Source of the DNA: an uncultured Candidatus Entotheonella sp.
GTDB lineage: Bacteria; Tectomicrobia; Entotheonellia; Entotheonellales; Entotheonellaceae
Direction of reading: 5' to 3'
Length of the DNA stretch: 64,000 bases
Assembly: GCA_965217185.1 (NCBI GenBank)
Contig: OZ244252.1
Span: 1,600,001 to 1,664,000, forward strand
Below are positions 1 to 11,076 of the stretch, piece by piece. Made by a program: the position numbers and the translations under genes. Numbering within the stretch: position 1 is the stretch's first letter; each line of letters starts with the position of its first letter. Under the pieces are notes generated by a model. The model did no database searches, was not told where the DNA came from, and saw nothing but the letters and a program-made list of their open reading frames with translations.

Positions 1-99
1 ACAATGCAGCGCCGGGACTGCAGATCGGTGAGGAAAATGGGGTAAACGTCCATTGGCCGTGGGCCCACTTACGGCTGTTGCAGACCGCCTATGGCTGGC

Positions 100-128
100 T
101 TGACAGCCTCCGGGTTCCGTACTAAGGT
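100..128 (+). promoter_or_regulatory. Putative sigma70 promoter for tRNA-Leu
   Basis: TTGACA (100-105), 17-bp spacer, TAAGGT (123-128), 18 nt upstream of the tRNA. Confidence 0.55.
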
Positions 129-146
129 TTTCGCCTCGTTGTCATT

Positions 147-230
147 GCCGGAGTGGTGAAATTGGTAGACGCGCGGGACTCAAAATCCCGTGAGGGCAAC
201 CTCGTGTCGGTTCGAGTCCGACCTCCGGCA
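147..230 (+). tRNA. tRNA-Leu (CAA); CCA not encoded
   Basis: GCCGGAG/CTCCGGC acceptor stem, D-loop TGGTAGAC, CGGGA-CT-CAA-AA-TCCCG anticodon arm, long variable arm, GGTTCGAGTCC T-arm. Confidence 0.96.
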
Positions 231-308
231 TGCCCCCGGACCCACGCAATTTCCTTCCTCGAATCATCCCCGGCGTTTCGCCACCAACCTGAACCGCCCA
301 GAGACCGC

Positions 309-1646
<1,338 letters not shown>

Positions 1647-2159
1647 CTACTTGTCGAACACGCAGTCAAAGCGGTCGGCGGTGGTGATACCCGTTTGCAG
1701 GCCGACCACGTCCAGCCCGAAATCCTTCTTGCCGTAGAAGCGGCAGTGTTCGATCTTGACGCACCGATCCATGACCACTTCCATGCCCGCTGCCCTGGCC
1801 TGTGCCGCCGCCTCCTCGTTGATGACGCCGATCTGCATCCAGAACACCTTGGCGCCGATTTCGCGCGCCTCGCTGACCAGGGGTAGGACGGTTTCGGGGC
1901 GCCGGAAAATATCGACGATGTCCACCGGCTCCTTGATGTCGAGCAGTGAGTCGTAGCACTTGAGGCCCAAGATCTCGTCATAGGCCGGATTGACCGGGTA
2001 GACCGTGTAACCCTGGCTCTTCATGTGGACCAAAGCCCGATAACTGGCGCGCGTCGGGTTGCCCGACACGCCGACCATGGCAATGCGGCGATACTGAGTC
2101 AGAAGCTCCTTGGGGCGTTCCGAAAGTTCTCCGCTCATAATTCCGGCATACTGTGGCAC
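1647..2159 (-). CDS. CoA-binding protein (YccU-like)
   Basis: IAMVGVS, VYPVNP, VDIVDIFRRPE, WMQIGV, VMDRC; GTG start preceded by GGAGGAG. Confidence 0.88.
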   Translation of the reverse strand: MPQYAGIMSGELSERPKELLTQYRRIAMVGVSGNPTRASYRALVHMKSQGYTVYPVNPAYDEILGLKCYDSLLDIKEPVDIVDIFRRPETVLPLVSEAREIGAKVFWMQIGVINEEAAAQARAAGMEVVMDRCVKIEHCRFYGKKDFGLDVVGLQTGITTADRFDCVFDK

Positions 2160-2188
2160 GTTGTTCTCCTCCCGGCGGCGACCCGCCT

Positions 2189-3181
2189 CTACACCACTTC
2201 CAATGCGACGGCCGCCCACGTCAACCCGGCCCCGAAGGAGGCCATGACGACGGTGTCGCCCGATTGTAAGCGCCCCTGTTCGCGCGCCTCGTGCAAGGCC
2301 ACGATGACGGAGGCGGCTGACGTATTTCCATATCGGTCGATGTTGACCATGATGTTGGCGGTATCCAGGGGCAGTTTCTTCGCCGCCGCCTCAATGATGC
2401 GCCAGTTCGCCTGGTGCGGGATCAGCAGCCGCAGGTCCGCCAGCGTACGACCGGCGCGTTCCAGGACGTCATGCACCAAGCTGGTCAGAGCCCGTACGGC
2501 GAAGCGGAAGACACGCCCGCCGTTCATGCGCAGGTAGTGTTCGCCGGCCTCGACGGTCTGGTGACTGGCCGGTTGCCGAGAGCCCCCAGCCGGTACCTTG
2601 ATGACCTCCGACATGCTGCCGTCGCTGGCCCAACTGTGCGCCAAGACGCGCAAATCGCCGCTCGTTCCCTCTCCGGATTGGACAACCAATGCCCCGGCGC
2701 CGTCCCCGAAAACCAGGGCGGTTTCCTGGTCGTTGTCGTTCACCATGCGCGAAACCAGCTCGGCGCCGATGACCAGGGCCGTGCCGCAGACACCAGCGCG
2801 TACCAGCCCGGTGGCGGTGATCAGGGCGTAGAGGGAGCCCGTGCACCCGGCGTTGAGGTCATAGGCCGGCACCATCGGCAACTGCAGCGCTTGCTGCACC
2901 AGATTGGCCGTCGAGGGGGTGATGTGGTCCGGCGAAGCGGTCGCGACGATGACGCACTCAACGGCGTCATGCGCCAGCCCGGCATCGACCAACGCCGCCC
3001 GGGCGGCGTTGACGGCCATGTCCGAGGTGGCTTCCTCAGGCGCGGCACGACGCCGCTCACGGATGCCCGTAAGTCTGACGATATGCTCTTCCGTGATGCC
3101 AAATCGCTCGGCAACGTCGGCATTGGTCAAGCGCGCCGACGGCATGTAGCTGCCGACGCCACGGATGCAGACCTGGGACAT
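2189..3181 (-). CDS. fabH: 3-oxoacyl-ACP synthase III (FabH family)
   Basis: TGIRERR; catalytic triad motifs DLNAGCTG, IPHQAN, YGNTSAAS; FGAGLTW. Confidence 0.88.
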   Translation of the reverse strand: MSQVCIRGVGSYMPSARLTNADVAERFGITEEHIVRLTGIRERRRAAPEEATSDMAVNAARAALVDAGLAHDAVECVIVATASPDHITPSTANLVQQALQLPMVPAYDLNAGCTGSLYALITATGLVRAGVCGTALVIGAELVSRMVNDNDQETALVFGDGAGALVVQSGEGTSGDLRVLAHSWASDGSMSEVIKVPAGGSRQPASHQTVEAGEHYLRMNGGRVFRFAVRALTSLVHDVLERAGRTLADLRLLIPHQANWRIIEAAAKKLPLDTANIMVNIDRYGNTSAASVIVALHEAREQGRLQSGDTVVMASFGAGLTWAAVALEVV

Positions 3182-3409
3182 GGGTAAAACCCTCGCGCGC
3201 TGCGAGCGATTGGACGATTTGCGGGGTGGCTGGCCGGACGGCCAAGCCGTGTGTTGATGACTCTGGGTTGTAACGGTTTCAATCATAGTGGGTTCAACCC
3301 ATGCGGTCAAACGATGTCCCGCCGTCTGGACGGGTTCCGCCCGATCGGTCACAATGGCGCCGGACCGGCCACCCACAATAAACGTGCTTGGACATCTCAG
3401 GGAGAACGT

Positions 3410-4399
3410 ATGGGATCGACGTTGCGATTAACAAGCGATGAGGCCGTGGCGCGTTTGCGCAGCGGGCTGCATGACAGGGCGGAGAACTTCCATGCCATGT
3501 ATTCCAGCGTGCTGGGGGGCATCGTCACGGATCCGGCGCTCATGGTGCTACCGCTCGATGATCACATGGTGCATCGCGGCCACGCCGTATTTGACACCGC
3601 GGCCATCGTCGGCGGCATGCTTTACCAACTCGACCCGCACCTCGAACGCCTGCTGCGTTCGGCGGAAATGGCGCGCATTCCACTGCCTTTCGAGCCGCAT
3701 CAGTTGCGCCAGATCATCATCGACACCGCCGCCGCCAGCGGCCAGCGCAGCGCCTCCGCGCGTTACTGGCTGTCGGTCGGCCCCGGCGGCTTCAGTCTGT
3801 CGTCACGGGAATGCGTCGCCAGCAGTTTCTACGTGATGATTTTCCGTCCGCAACCGGAGCCCGAACATTTTTACACCGAGGGCGTCAAGCTCGTCACCAG
3901 CAGTGTGCCGATCAAGCCGCCGTACTTCGCCAAGGTGAAGTCGAACAACTACCTGCCCAACGCGCTGATGCTGCTGGAGGCAAAAGACCGCGGCGCCGAT
4001 CATGGATTGTTCATTGATGCGCAGGGGTACGTGGCCGAAAGCTCGCACATGAACGTGGCGTTCGTGAACTCGGATAACGTGCTGTGCCATCCCACGTTCG
4101 ACGCCATCCTCACCGGCATCACGGCACAGCGCATGCTGCATCTCGCCAGGCAGCTCGTCGATTCGGGGGATTTGGAAGGCATCGCCCTGAGGAACGTGCC
4201 GATACAAGAGTGGAAAGCGGCGAGAGAGATTCTGCTGCTTGGCAGCTCCCTGAAGGTGGCGCCGGTCGTGCGGTGGGACGATCAACCGGTGGGTGACGGC
4301 CGGCCCGGGCCGATTGCCCGAAAACTGCTGGCCATGTGGCAGGCGGATCAAAAAAAGGCAGCGGACCAGTTGGTGCCTGTGCCCTACGCCGAATCCTGA
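3410..4399 (+). CDS. Class IV PLP aminotransferase (D-amino-acid transaminase/ADC-lyase-like)
   Basis: DDHMVHRGHAVFDT, HLERL, KSNNYLPN, ILTGIT, VGDGRPGP. Confidence 0.85.
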   Translation: MGSTLRLTSDEAVARLRSGLHDRAENFHAMYSSVLGGIVTDPALMVLPLDDHMVHRGHAVFDTAAIVGGMLYQLDPHLERLLRSAEMARIPLPFEPHQLRQIIIDTAAASGQRSASARYWLSVGPGGFSLSSRECVASSFYVMIFRPQPEPEHFYTEGVKLVTSSVPIKPPYFAKVKSNNYLPNALMLLEAKDRGADHGLFIDAQGYVAESSHMNVAFVNSDNVLCHPTFDAILTGITAQRMLHLARQLVDSGDLEGIALRNVPIQEWKAAREILLLGSSLKVAPVVRWDDQPVGDGRPGPIARKLLAMWQADQKKAADQLVPVPYAES

Positions 4400-4419
4400 T
4401 CCGCGGCTATCTGTACGGA

Positions 4420-4507
4420 GCAGGTCGGATCAGCGAAGCGGAATCCGACATTCCACCCGCTGTAGGCTCCCGTTGTCGGATTTATGCCTGCGGTATATCC
4501 GACCTAC
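4420..4507. repeat. Inverted REP-like doublet (GTAG-hairpin family)
   Basis: GCAGGTCGGAT..ATCCGACA and TGTCGGAT..ATCCGACCTAC face each other between convergent genes; related to copies at 29197 and 44467. Confidence 0.7.
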
Positions 4508-4532
4508 TGAAATATCCCTGACTCTGCCTATT

Positions 4533-5489
4533 TTAACAGGTTTCGCTTTTTGCCCGTGTCAGTTCCGCGGGCAGCAGAAACTTGACGTTCTCTTCGGTAA
4601 CGGTGAGGTCGTCGACCTCCGCCACTCCTAGGCGCTGGCAGTAAGCCACCACTTCCTGCACTAGAAACTCAGGCGTCGAGGCGCCAGCCGTCACCCCGAC
4701 CCGCGTGACGCCCGCCAGCGCGGCGGGATCAAGGTCGGAGGCCTGCTGAATGAGCATTGCCTTGACGCCGGCCATCTCGGCTACCTCGCGCAGACGGTTG
4801 GAGTTCGAGCTATTGGTGGCCCCAATGACCAGCACCAGCTCCACCTCCCTGGCCATCGCCTTGACGGCGCGCTGACGGTTTTGCGTCGCGTAGCAGATGT
4901 CGTCCTTGGCGGGCAGCGCCATGGCCGGGAAGCGCGCGCGCAGGGCTTCCATGATTTCGGCGGTGTCATCCATGCTGAGGGTCGTCTGGGTGAGGCATAC
5001 CACCTTGCGAGGGTCGGGCACCGTCAAGTCCCGCACGCCCTCCACTGAATCGACTACCTGAATGCGGTTCGGCGCCTCACCCCGCGTGCCGATCACCTCG
5101 TCGTGGTCTTCGTGCCCGATGAGGACGATGCTGTAGTTCTCCTTGGCGTAGCGTTGCACTTCCAGGTGCACCTTGGTGACCAGAGGGCAGGTGGCGTCGA
5201 GGATGTGCAATTGCTTCGCCTCAGCCTCGGCCCAGACCGTGGGCGCGACGCCGTGGGCGCTGAAGATGGCGGTGGCACCCGCCGGGATTTCGGAGATTTC
5301 CTCGACGAATACCGCGCCCTTCTCCTGTAGCGCCTCGACAACGTGCCGGTTATGCACAATCTCCTTGCGCACGTAAACCGGCTTGTCGAAGACCTCCAGC
5401 GCCTGCTCGACGATGTCAATGGCCCGGTCCACCCCGGCACAAAAGCCGCGCGGTTTGGCCAGGACAAGCCCCGTCAGTGCCATATCCAT
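4533..5489 (-). CDS. ispH: 4-hydroxy-3-methylbut-2-enyl diphosphate reductase
   Basis: PRGFCAGVDRA, DATCPLVTKVH, ICYATQNRQ, SSNS, TAGASTPE. Confidence 0.97.
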   Translation of the reverse strand: MDMALTGLVLAKPRGFCAGVDRAIDIVEQALEVFDKPVYVRKEIVHNRHVVEALQEKGAVFVEEISEIPAGATAIFSAHGVAPTVWAEAEAKQLHILDATCPLVTKVHLEVQRYAKENYSIVLIGHEDHDEVIGTRGEAPNRIQVVDSVEGVRDLTVPDPRKVVCLTQTTLSMDDTAEIMEALRARFPAMALPAKDDICYATQNRQRAVKAMAREVELVLVIGATNSSNSNRLREVAEMAGVKAMLIQQASDLDPAALAGVTRVGVTAGASTPEFLVQEVVAYCQRLGVAEVDDLTVTEENVKFLLPAELTRAKSETC

Positions 5490-5513
5490 GCCCCCTCGAA
5501 TCGCCGGCGCGGT

Positions 5514-6155
5514 TTATGGGATGCCGTGCTCGGCTTTGTAGGCGTCCCAGTTTTCCTTCAGCCACATGAATTCATCGAAATCGGTGCGGTGCAGGAAGGG
5601 GTTGTTGGCGCGCTCATTGCCGATGGTGGAGGACGGCGCCGGGCCGTAATCATGGCCGGGGTAGACCTCAACGGCATCGTCCAGCTTCATGATGACCTCG
5701 AGCAAGCTGTGATGCTGCTTCTCGGCGCTGCTACCCTGGAACCCGGAGCCGCCGATGCAGCCGACGAACAGCGTGTCGCCGGTCATCAACTTGCCGTTCA
5801 CCAACAGGCAGATGGAATCCAGGTAGTGGCCCGGCGTGAACAGCACCTCGACCGTGTTGCCTCCCACCTGCACGGTGCTGCCGTGGTCCAGCCTAATGTC
5901 CGGGTTGACGCTGGCGTCCTTGTAGGCGGCCAGCTTGACGCCCTCGGTGTGAAACACGCCGTTGCCGGCCACGTGGTCGTGGTGCGTGTGGGTGTTGAAG
6001 ATGTGCGTCACCCGCAGGCCCAGTTCCCGGACTCGCGCCTCTAGCTTCGAGGTGTCGTAGCCGGGGTCCACGACCGCGCACGTGCCGCCTGCTTCGTCGC
6101 CGATCAGGTAGCTGAAATTGCGGTCGCCGCCCGCGTCAATCTGCTCAAAAATCAT
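5514..6155 (-). CDS. Metallo-beta-lactamase-fold hydrolase (glyoxalase II-like)
   Basis: THTHHDH, TPGH, TGDTLF, YPGHDY. Confidence 0.88.
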   Translation of the reverse strand: MIFEQIDAGGDRNFSYLIGDEAGGTCAVVDPGYDTSKLEARVRELGLRVTHIFNTHTHHDHVAGNGVFHTEGVKLAAYKDASVNPDIRLDHGSTVQVGGNTVEVLFTPGHYLDSICLLVNGKLMTGDTLFVGCIGGSGFQGSSAEKQHHSLLEVIMKLDDAVEVYPGHDYGPAPSSTIGNERANNPFLHRTDFDEFMWLKENWDAYKAEHGIP

Positions 6156-6203
6156 GCTTCACTCCTTGCCATCGGCGACCGGCGCGTGCCAATCGCCGGA
6201 GGT

Positions 6204-6470
6204 TCATGCCTCTAATTGCGCCTTGTCGGCCATGATGTCCTGCAAAAGGGCCTCGTAAACCGTATCCATGCTGCCCGGCAGGGTCTGTCGCAGATAGTTG
6301 ATCAGGTGGATTTTGAAGCGGTCGTCTTGGAGGGGGTATTGCGCCAGCAGGGTGCGCGCTTTGGCGTAAATCTGCGGGCCACTGATGGCCAGCCGGGTGA
6401 GGTAGGCGGCCGCGACGGCCGGCCGGAGTTGCTGCAACGCCTGCCGGGTGTGGGTCCATTGCTTCGCCAT
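6204..6470 (-). CDS. Hypothetical protein
   Basis: 88-aa ORF with AAGGA upstream, co-oriented with downstream genes; no recognised motif. Confidence 0.6.
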   Translation of the reverse strand: MAKQWTHTRQALQQLRPAVAAAYLTRLAISGPQIYAKARTLLAQYPLQDDRFKIHLINYLRQTLPGSMDTVYEALLQDIMADKAQLEA

Positions 6471-6639
6471 GACGTGATTCCTTCGCTTTACAGCCCTTGA
6501 GTCTGCCCTTTAATAGCTGTCAGGGCGTATTGTAGTCCACCGGCCCTTATGCTACAACAAGCGCCCAAACCCGTTTTGTGCAAGGGCAACGGTCTCATTG
6601 TCGACGAACCTAATCGCAAGGGATGAGGAGAATGGGAAC

Positions 6640-7701
6640 ATGAGAAGCATCGGCAAAATGTCACTGATCTCCGTAGTGGTCGTCCTGTTCGTGGTTGGCT
6701 CGATTCCTGGCAGTTTACTGGCCGGCAACAATCCGGTGGATGAAAGCTGGTGGCCGAGCGAATTTGGTCCCGAGGATGAAGCGGGAGCGGTCAACCGCAT
6801 CACACCGGAGAAAAGGATTGCGGCAGCGCAGCTTGTGAAGAAAGGCATGACCGCCACGCTGGGCATGCCCTATTACAACGGCATGCCCTTGGTGCCCGGT
6901 CGTACGTTCGCCCTGAGCATTCCCGGCGGCGGCACCCCCACCCATGGTCCGTTCAGTTGGCCCGGCGACAGCTACGACATGACGTTTATGGACGAGCTCC
7001 TGACCGCCGAAATCGGTCAGGTCGGATCGCAGTGGGATGGTCTGGGACACCCATTGATCCGTGTGCAAGGCGTCTCGGGGTGGGAAGACGGCAATTACTT
7101 CTACAACCGATTCCGGCTGGAAGACGTCGGCAATCCGCGTGGGTTGGAAAAGGTTGGCACGGAGCACGTGGCCAACGTCGGCTTCTTTACCCGCGGCATC
7201 CTGATTGACGTCGCGGCGTTGAAAGGCACCGACCGGCTGGACAAAGGCTATGCCGTCACCATGGCGGATTACCGAGCTGCTCTCGAGGCGCAGGGCATTG
7301 ATGACGCCGACGTGGGCGACGTGGTGCTGGTTCGCACCGGCTGGAACAGCCTGTGGAAAGACTACAATGCACCGGCCGCGGAACGCGCGGCAAATAACGC
7401 TGAACACGGCTCCGGCGAGCCGGGACTGAGCCCGGAAGTCTGCGATCATCTGGCTGACAGAAAGATCGCCATGGTGGGTTCCGACACCTGGGCCCTGGAG
7501 GTCATCGGACCCAACATCCAGACCGATTCCGCCGCCTATTGCCACATGAACCTGATCGTCCGGCGCGGCATTACCAACTTCGAAAACCTCGACCTGGACG
7601 TTCTGTCTCAGGAAAAAGCCTACGAGTTCCTGTTCACCTGGTCGCCGCTCAAGCTCATCGGCGCCACGGGCTCCCCGGGCAATCCGATTGCGGCCTGGTA
7701 A
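6640..7701 (+). CDS. Secreted cyclase-family (kynurenine formamidase-like) protein
   Basis: Signal peptide, QVGSQWDGLGH, TRGILID, GDVVLVRTGW, GSDTW, ENLDL, GATGSPGNP. Confidence 0.85.
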   Translation: MRSIGKMSLISVVVVLFVVGSIPGSLLAGNNPVDESWWPSEFGPEDEAGAVNRITPEKRIAAAQLVKKGMTATLGMPYYNGMPLVPGRTFALSIPGGGTPTHGPFSWPGDSYDMTFMDELLTAEIGQVGSQWDGLGHPLIRVQGVSGWEDGNYFYNRFRLEDVGNPRGLEKVGTEHVANVGFFTRGILIDVAALKGTDRLDKGYAVTMADYRAALEAQGIDDADVGDVVLVRTGWNSLWKDYNAPAAERAANNAEHGSGEPGLSPEVCDHLADRKIAMVGSDTWALEVIGPNIQTDSAAYCHMNLIVRRGITNFENLDLDVLSQEKAYEFLFTWSPLKLIGATGSPGNPIAAW

Positions 7702-7718
7702 AATAGAAACTTCATCCT

Positions 7719-7750
7719 GGAGCCGGTACGCCAACCGGCTCCGTTTCATT
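7719..7750 (+). terminator. Hairpin, possible intrinsic terminator
   Basis: GGAGCCGGT-ACGCCA-ACCGGCTCC 9-bp stem followed by GTTTCATTT. Confidence 0.5.
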
Positions 7751-7786
7751 TGAACCATCGAGGCATAGAGTTGAGAGGGCATCCTT

Positions 7787-8593
7787 ATGCAACTAACTGA
7801 CGCACAACTGGCCGAGTTTCACGAGCAGGGCTATCTGTTTTTGCCCGGTCGATTTACGTCTCAAGAGATTGCTCCTTTGCGGGCAGAGGCCGAGCGGCTG
7901 TTCGGGCTGCAGCGCGAAGAGGTGTGGCGCGAGACCAGCGGCGCGGCCCGCACGGCATTCGCGGCGCACACGTACAGCGAGGGGTTCCGACGCCTTGGCC
8001 GGCACCCGCGATTGGTAGAGCCGGTCATGCAGCTCCTCGGCGGCCAGGTATACATGCACCAGTACAAGGTCAACGCCAAGGCGGCCTTTGACGGCGAGGT
8101 GTGGCAGTGGCACCAGGATTACGGGGTGTGGCAGCGCGACGACGAGATGCCCGAACCACGTGCCATGAATATCGCCCTATTCCTTGAAGAGGTCACGCCG
8201 GCCAACGGGCCGTTGCTGTTCATCCCCAAAAGCCACAAGCGTGGCGTGCTGGCCGCCGGGCATGACCTTGAGGGCACCAGCTATCCCTTGTGGACGCTGG
8301 ACCGCGAAACCATCGCGCGGCTGGCGGATGAGGGCGGCATCGTGGCGCCGACCGGACCGCCGGGGGACGTCGTGCTGTTTCACGGCAATCTGGTGCACGC
8401 CAGTCCGGCGAACATCAGCCCGTGGCGGCGCGCCATCGTCTATCTCAGCCTGTGCGAGGTAAACAACCACATCCGCCGATTCAAACGTCCCGAGTTTATC
8501 GCCCACCGGGATTTCACGCCCATCGAACCTCTCGCGGACGGCTGCCTGCTGGAACTGGCTGAGCAGGAGAGCGCCCAGCCCGCCCTGGGATAG
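7787..8593 (+). CDS. PhyH-family Fe(II)/2-oxoglutarate dioxygenase
   Basis: WHQD, NGPL..IPKSH, FHGNLVHAS, R..I motif. Confidence 0.88.
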   Translation: MQLTDAQLAEFHEQGYLFLPGRFTSQEIAPLRAEAERLFGLQREEVWRETSGAARTAFAAHTYSEGFRRLGRHPRLVEPVMQLLGGQVYMHQYKVNAKAAFDGEVWQWHQDYGVWQRDDEMPEPRAMNIALFLEEVTPANGPLLFIPKSHKRGVLAAGHDLEGTSYPLWTLDRETIARLADEGGIVAPTGPPGDVVLFHGNLVHASPANISPWRRAIVYLSLCEVNNHIRRFKRPEFIAHRDFTPIEPLADGCLLELAEQESAQPALG

Positions 8594-8595
8594 CC

Positions 8596-9942
8596 ATGAG
8601 CCTGAATCAGCTATTGCAGCAGCGATTGCGGGACAAGGGACCCGTGCGTGTCGGCCTGATCGGTGCCGGCAAGTTCGGCTCGATGTTTCTGTCGCAGGTG
8701 CCGACCACCGAGGGGTTGGAGGTCAGCGTGATTGCCGACCTTGACCCCCAGCGGGCGCGGGACGTCTGTGCCGCGGTCGGCTGGGAGCCGGAGCGCGTTG
8801 CGTGCACTCGCTTCGTGGAAGATGGCGGTACGCTGATCGCGGCGAACGATGTTGACGTGGTGGTGGAGGCGACGGGGCATCCGCCAGCAGGTGTGACGCA
8901 CGCCAGACGGGCCATGCGGGAAGGCAAGGACATCGTCATGGTGAACGTGGAGGCGGACGTGCTGGCCGGGCCGCTGCTGGCGCGCGAAGCTGCGACCGCC
9001 GGCATCGTGTACTCGATGGCCTATGGCGATCAGCCGGCCCTGACCTGCGAGCTCGTGGACTGGGGCCGCCTGTGCGGCTTCGAGGTGGCGGCGGCGGGGA
9101 AAGGCACCCAGTACTTGCCGGTCTATCACGCCTCGACGCCGGCCACGGTGTGGGACTACTACGGTCTGACCGCCGCCCAGGCCGAGGCGGCACGCATGAA
9201 TTCGCAGATGTTCAACTCCTTCCTCGACGGCACCAAGTCGGCCATCGAAATGGCGGCCATTGGCAACGCCACCGGCTTGACGCCGGCACCCGGCGGCTTG
9301 ACGTTCCCGCCGTGCGGCACCGACGACCTGCCCCACGTCATGCGGCCTGTCGAGGCGGGCGGTTTGCTGCATCACAAGGGACAGGTGGAAGTCGTGTCAT
9401 CTCTCGAACGAGACGGCCGCCCCGTGTTTCGTGACCTGCGCTGGGGCGTATACGTGGTGTTCGAAGCGCCGAATGCCTACGCCGCGGACTGTTTCGAGAA
9501 GTACGGCCTCATCACCGATGACACGGGGCGCTATGCCGCCATGTACAAGCCGTATCACCTGATCGGCCTGGAGTTGAACGTGTCCATCTTCTCGGCGGCC
9601 CTGCGCCGCGAGCCGACCGGCTGCATGACGGGCTTCCGCGGCGACGTGGTGGCGACGGCAAAGCGGCAACTGTCGGCTGGCGAGGTACTGGACGGCGAGG
9701 GCGGCTACACGGTGTGGGGTAGGTTGATGACGGCGCGCGACAGCCTGACCCTCGGCGGTCTGCCCATCGGCTTAGCGCACGGCGTCACCCTGAAGCGCGA
9801 CGTGGCGGCCGGTTCGCCGCTGTGCTGGCAGGACGTCACGCTGCCGGACACCTTCGAAGCTCTGGAAGCACGGCAGTCCATGGAACGCGCCTTCAAGGCG
9901 GAATGGCGCCTGCCTGACATCTCCGTCGAGGCGGCTGAGTGA
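8596..9942 (+). CDS. NAD(P)-dependent oxidoreductase (homoserine dehydrogenase-like) with C-terminal SAF domain
   Basis: GLIGAGKFG, VNVEAD, GDQP, DGTKSAIEM, LDGEGGY, LPIGLA. Confidence 0.85.
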   Translation: MSLNQLLQQRLRDKGPVRVGLIGAGKFGSMFLSQVPTTEGLEVSVIADLDPQRARDVCAAVGWEPERVACTRFVEDGGTLIAANDVDVVVEATGHPPAGVTHARRAMREGKDIVMVNVEADVLAGPLLAREAATAGIVYSMAYGDQPALTCELVDWGRLCGFEVAAAGKGTQYLPVYHASTPATVWDYYGLTAAQAEAARMNSQMFNSFLDGTKSAIEMAAIGNATGLTPAPGGLTFPPCGTDDLPHVMRPVEAGGLLHHKGQVEVVSSLERDGRPVFRDLRWGVYVVFEAPNAYAADCFEKYGLITDDTGRYAAMYKPYHLIGLELNVSIFSAALRREPTGCMTGFRGDVVATAKRQLSAGEVLDGEGGYTVWGRLMTARDSLTLGGLPIGLAHGVTLKRDVAAGSPLCWQDVTLPDTFEALEARQSMERAFKAEWRLPDISVEAAE

Positions 9943-10871
9943 AGGTTCTGGTAACAGGCGGTGCCGGGTTTATCGGCTCGCACCTCGTTGACCGGTTGAT
10001 CGCGGAAGGCCACGAGGTCATTGTCGTCGACGATCTATCTTCCGGCTGTGCGGCGCATGTTCATCCGCAGGCGGCGTTTTATCGAACGGATATTCGCAAC
10101 AGACAAGCGCTGAGCGACATTTTGACCCACGAAAAACCACAGGTTGTATTCCACCATGCGGCGCAAGTGAGTGTCCGGGATTCCGCAGCCAACCCGGTAC
10201 ACGACGCCTCGGTCAACGTTATCGGCCTGCTCAATCTTCTGGAAGCCTGCCAGCATCACAGGATTGAACGCCTCGTTTTCGCCTCCAGCGGCGGCGCCAT
10301 CTACGGCGAGCAGGAAACATTTCCGGCGGACGAGACCCATCCCTTGCAACCCGTCTCCCCCTACGGCGTCGCCAAGCTGGCCTGCGAGCACTATTTGCGT
10401 TGCTTCCATAGCGTGCATGACCTGTCTTACGCAGCGCTCCGGTACGCCAACGTCTACGGTCCGCGTCAGAGCACCCGCGGCGAGTCCGGGGTGATTGCCC
10501 TGTTTGCGGATCGGTTGCTGCGCGGCGAGCCCGTGCGTATCAATGGCGATGGGTGCCAGACGCGCGATTTCGTATACGTTGACGACGTGGTGGAAGCCAA
10601 CTTCCTCGCCATGCAATCCAACGCCCACGGAGCCTTCAACGTCGGCACCGGCGTGGAGACCTCGATCAACGACATCTTCGCCCATCTCAGACGGTTCACC
10701 CGTAGTTCTGTTCACCCTGAGTACGCACCGGCCAAAGCAGGCGAGCAGCGCCGCAGCGTTCTGGATGTCGATCGGATTGCGCGTCAATTGGACTGGCAGC
10801 CACGAACGGCCCTGGCGGATGGGTTGGCGCGGACGGCAGCGTACTTCGGATCAGAGACGGAACATGGCTGA
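9939..10871 (+). CDS. NAD-dependent epimerase/dehydratase (UDP-glucose 4-epimerase-like)
   Basis: TGGAGFIGS, SPYGVAK (YxxxK), RYANVYGPRQ, TRDFVYV. Confidence 0.9.
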   Translation: MKVLVTGGAGFIGSHLVDRLIAEGHEVIVVDDLSSGCAAHVHPQAAFYRTDIRNRQALSDILTHEKPQVVFHHAAQVSVRDSAANPVHDASVNVIGLLNLLEACQHHRIERLVFASSGGAIYGEQETFPADETHPLQPVSPYGVAKLACEHYLRCFHSVHDLSYAALRYANVYGPRQSTRGESGVIALFADRLLRGEPVRINGDGCQTRDFVYVDDVVEANFLAMQSNAHGAFNVGTGVETSINDIFAHLRRFTRSSVHPEYAPAKAGEQRRSVLDVDRIARQLDWQPRTALADGLARTAAYFGSETEHG

Positions 10872-11076
10872 CAAGTTGTCAGACGTGCCTTGCTAACGCG
10901 GCGCCCTTTCCCAAGCCGATGCCTACGATTGCTCTGGCGTTGCCGGCGTCCGGGGGGTGCCTTGCACGCCTCCTTGGCGATGCCGCATAATGGCCGGAGT
11001 TTTCAAACCGACCCTGAAGTTGTCCCCGCAATTTCGCTTTTCGTTGTCTTAAAACCCGTGTGGTGAGGAGTTCACT

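Noticed and set aside
7787..8593. Ectoine hydroxylase ectD
   Set aside because: The EctD signature is not matched and no ectABC genes are nearby.
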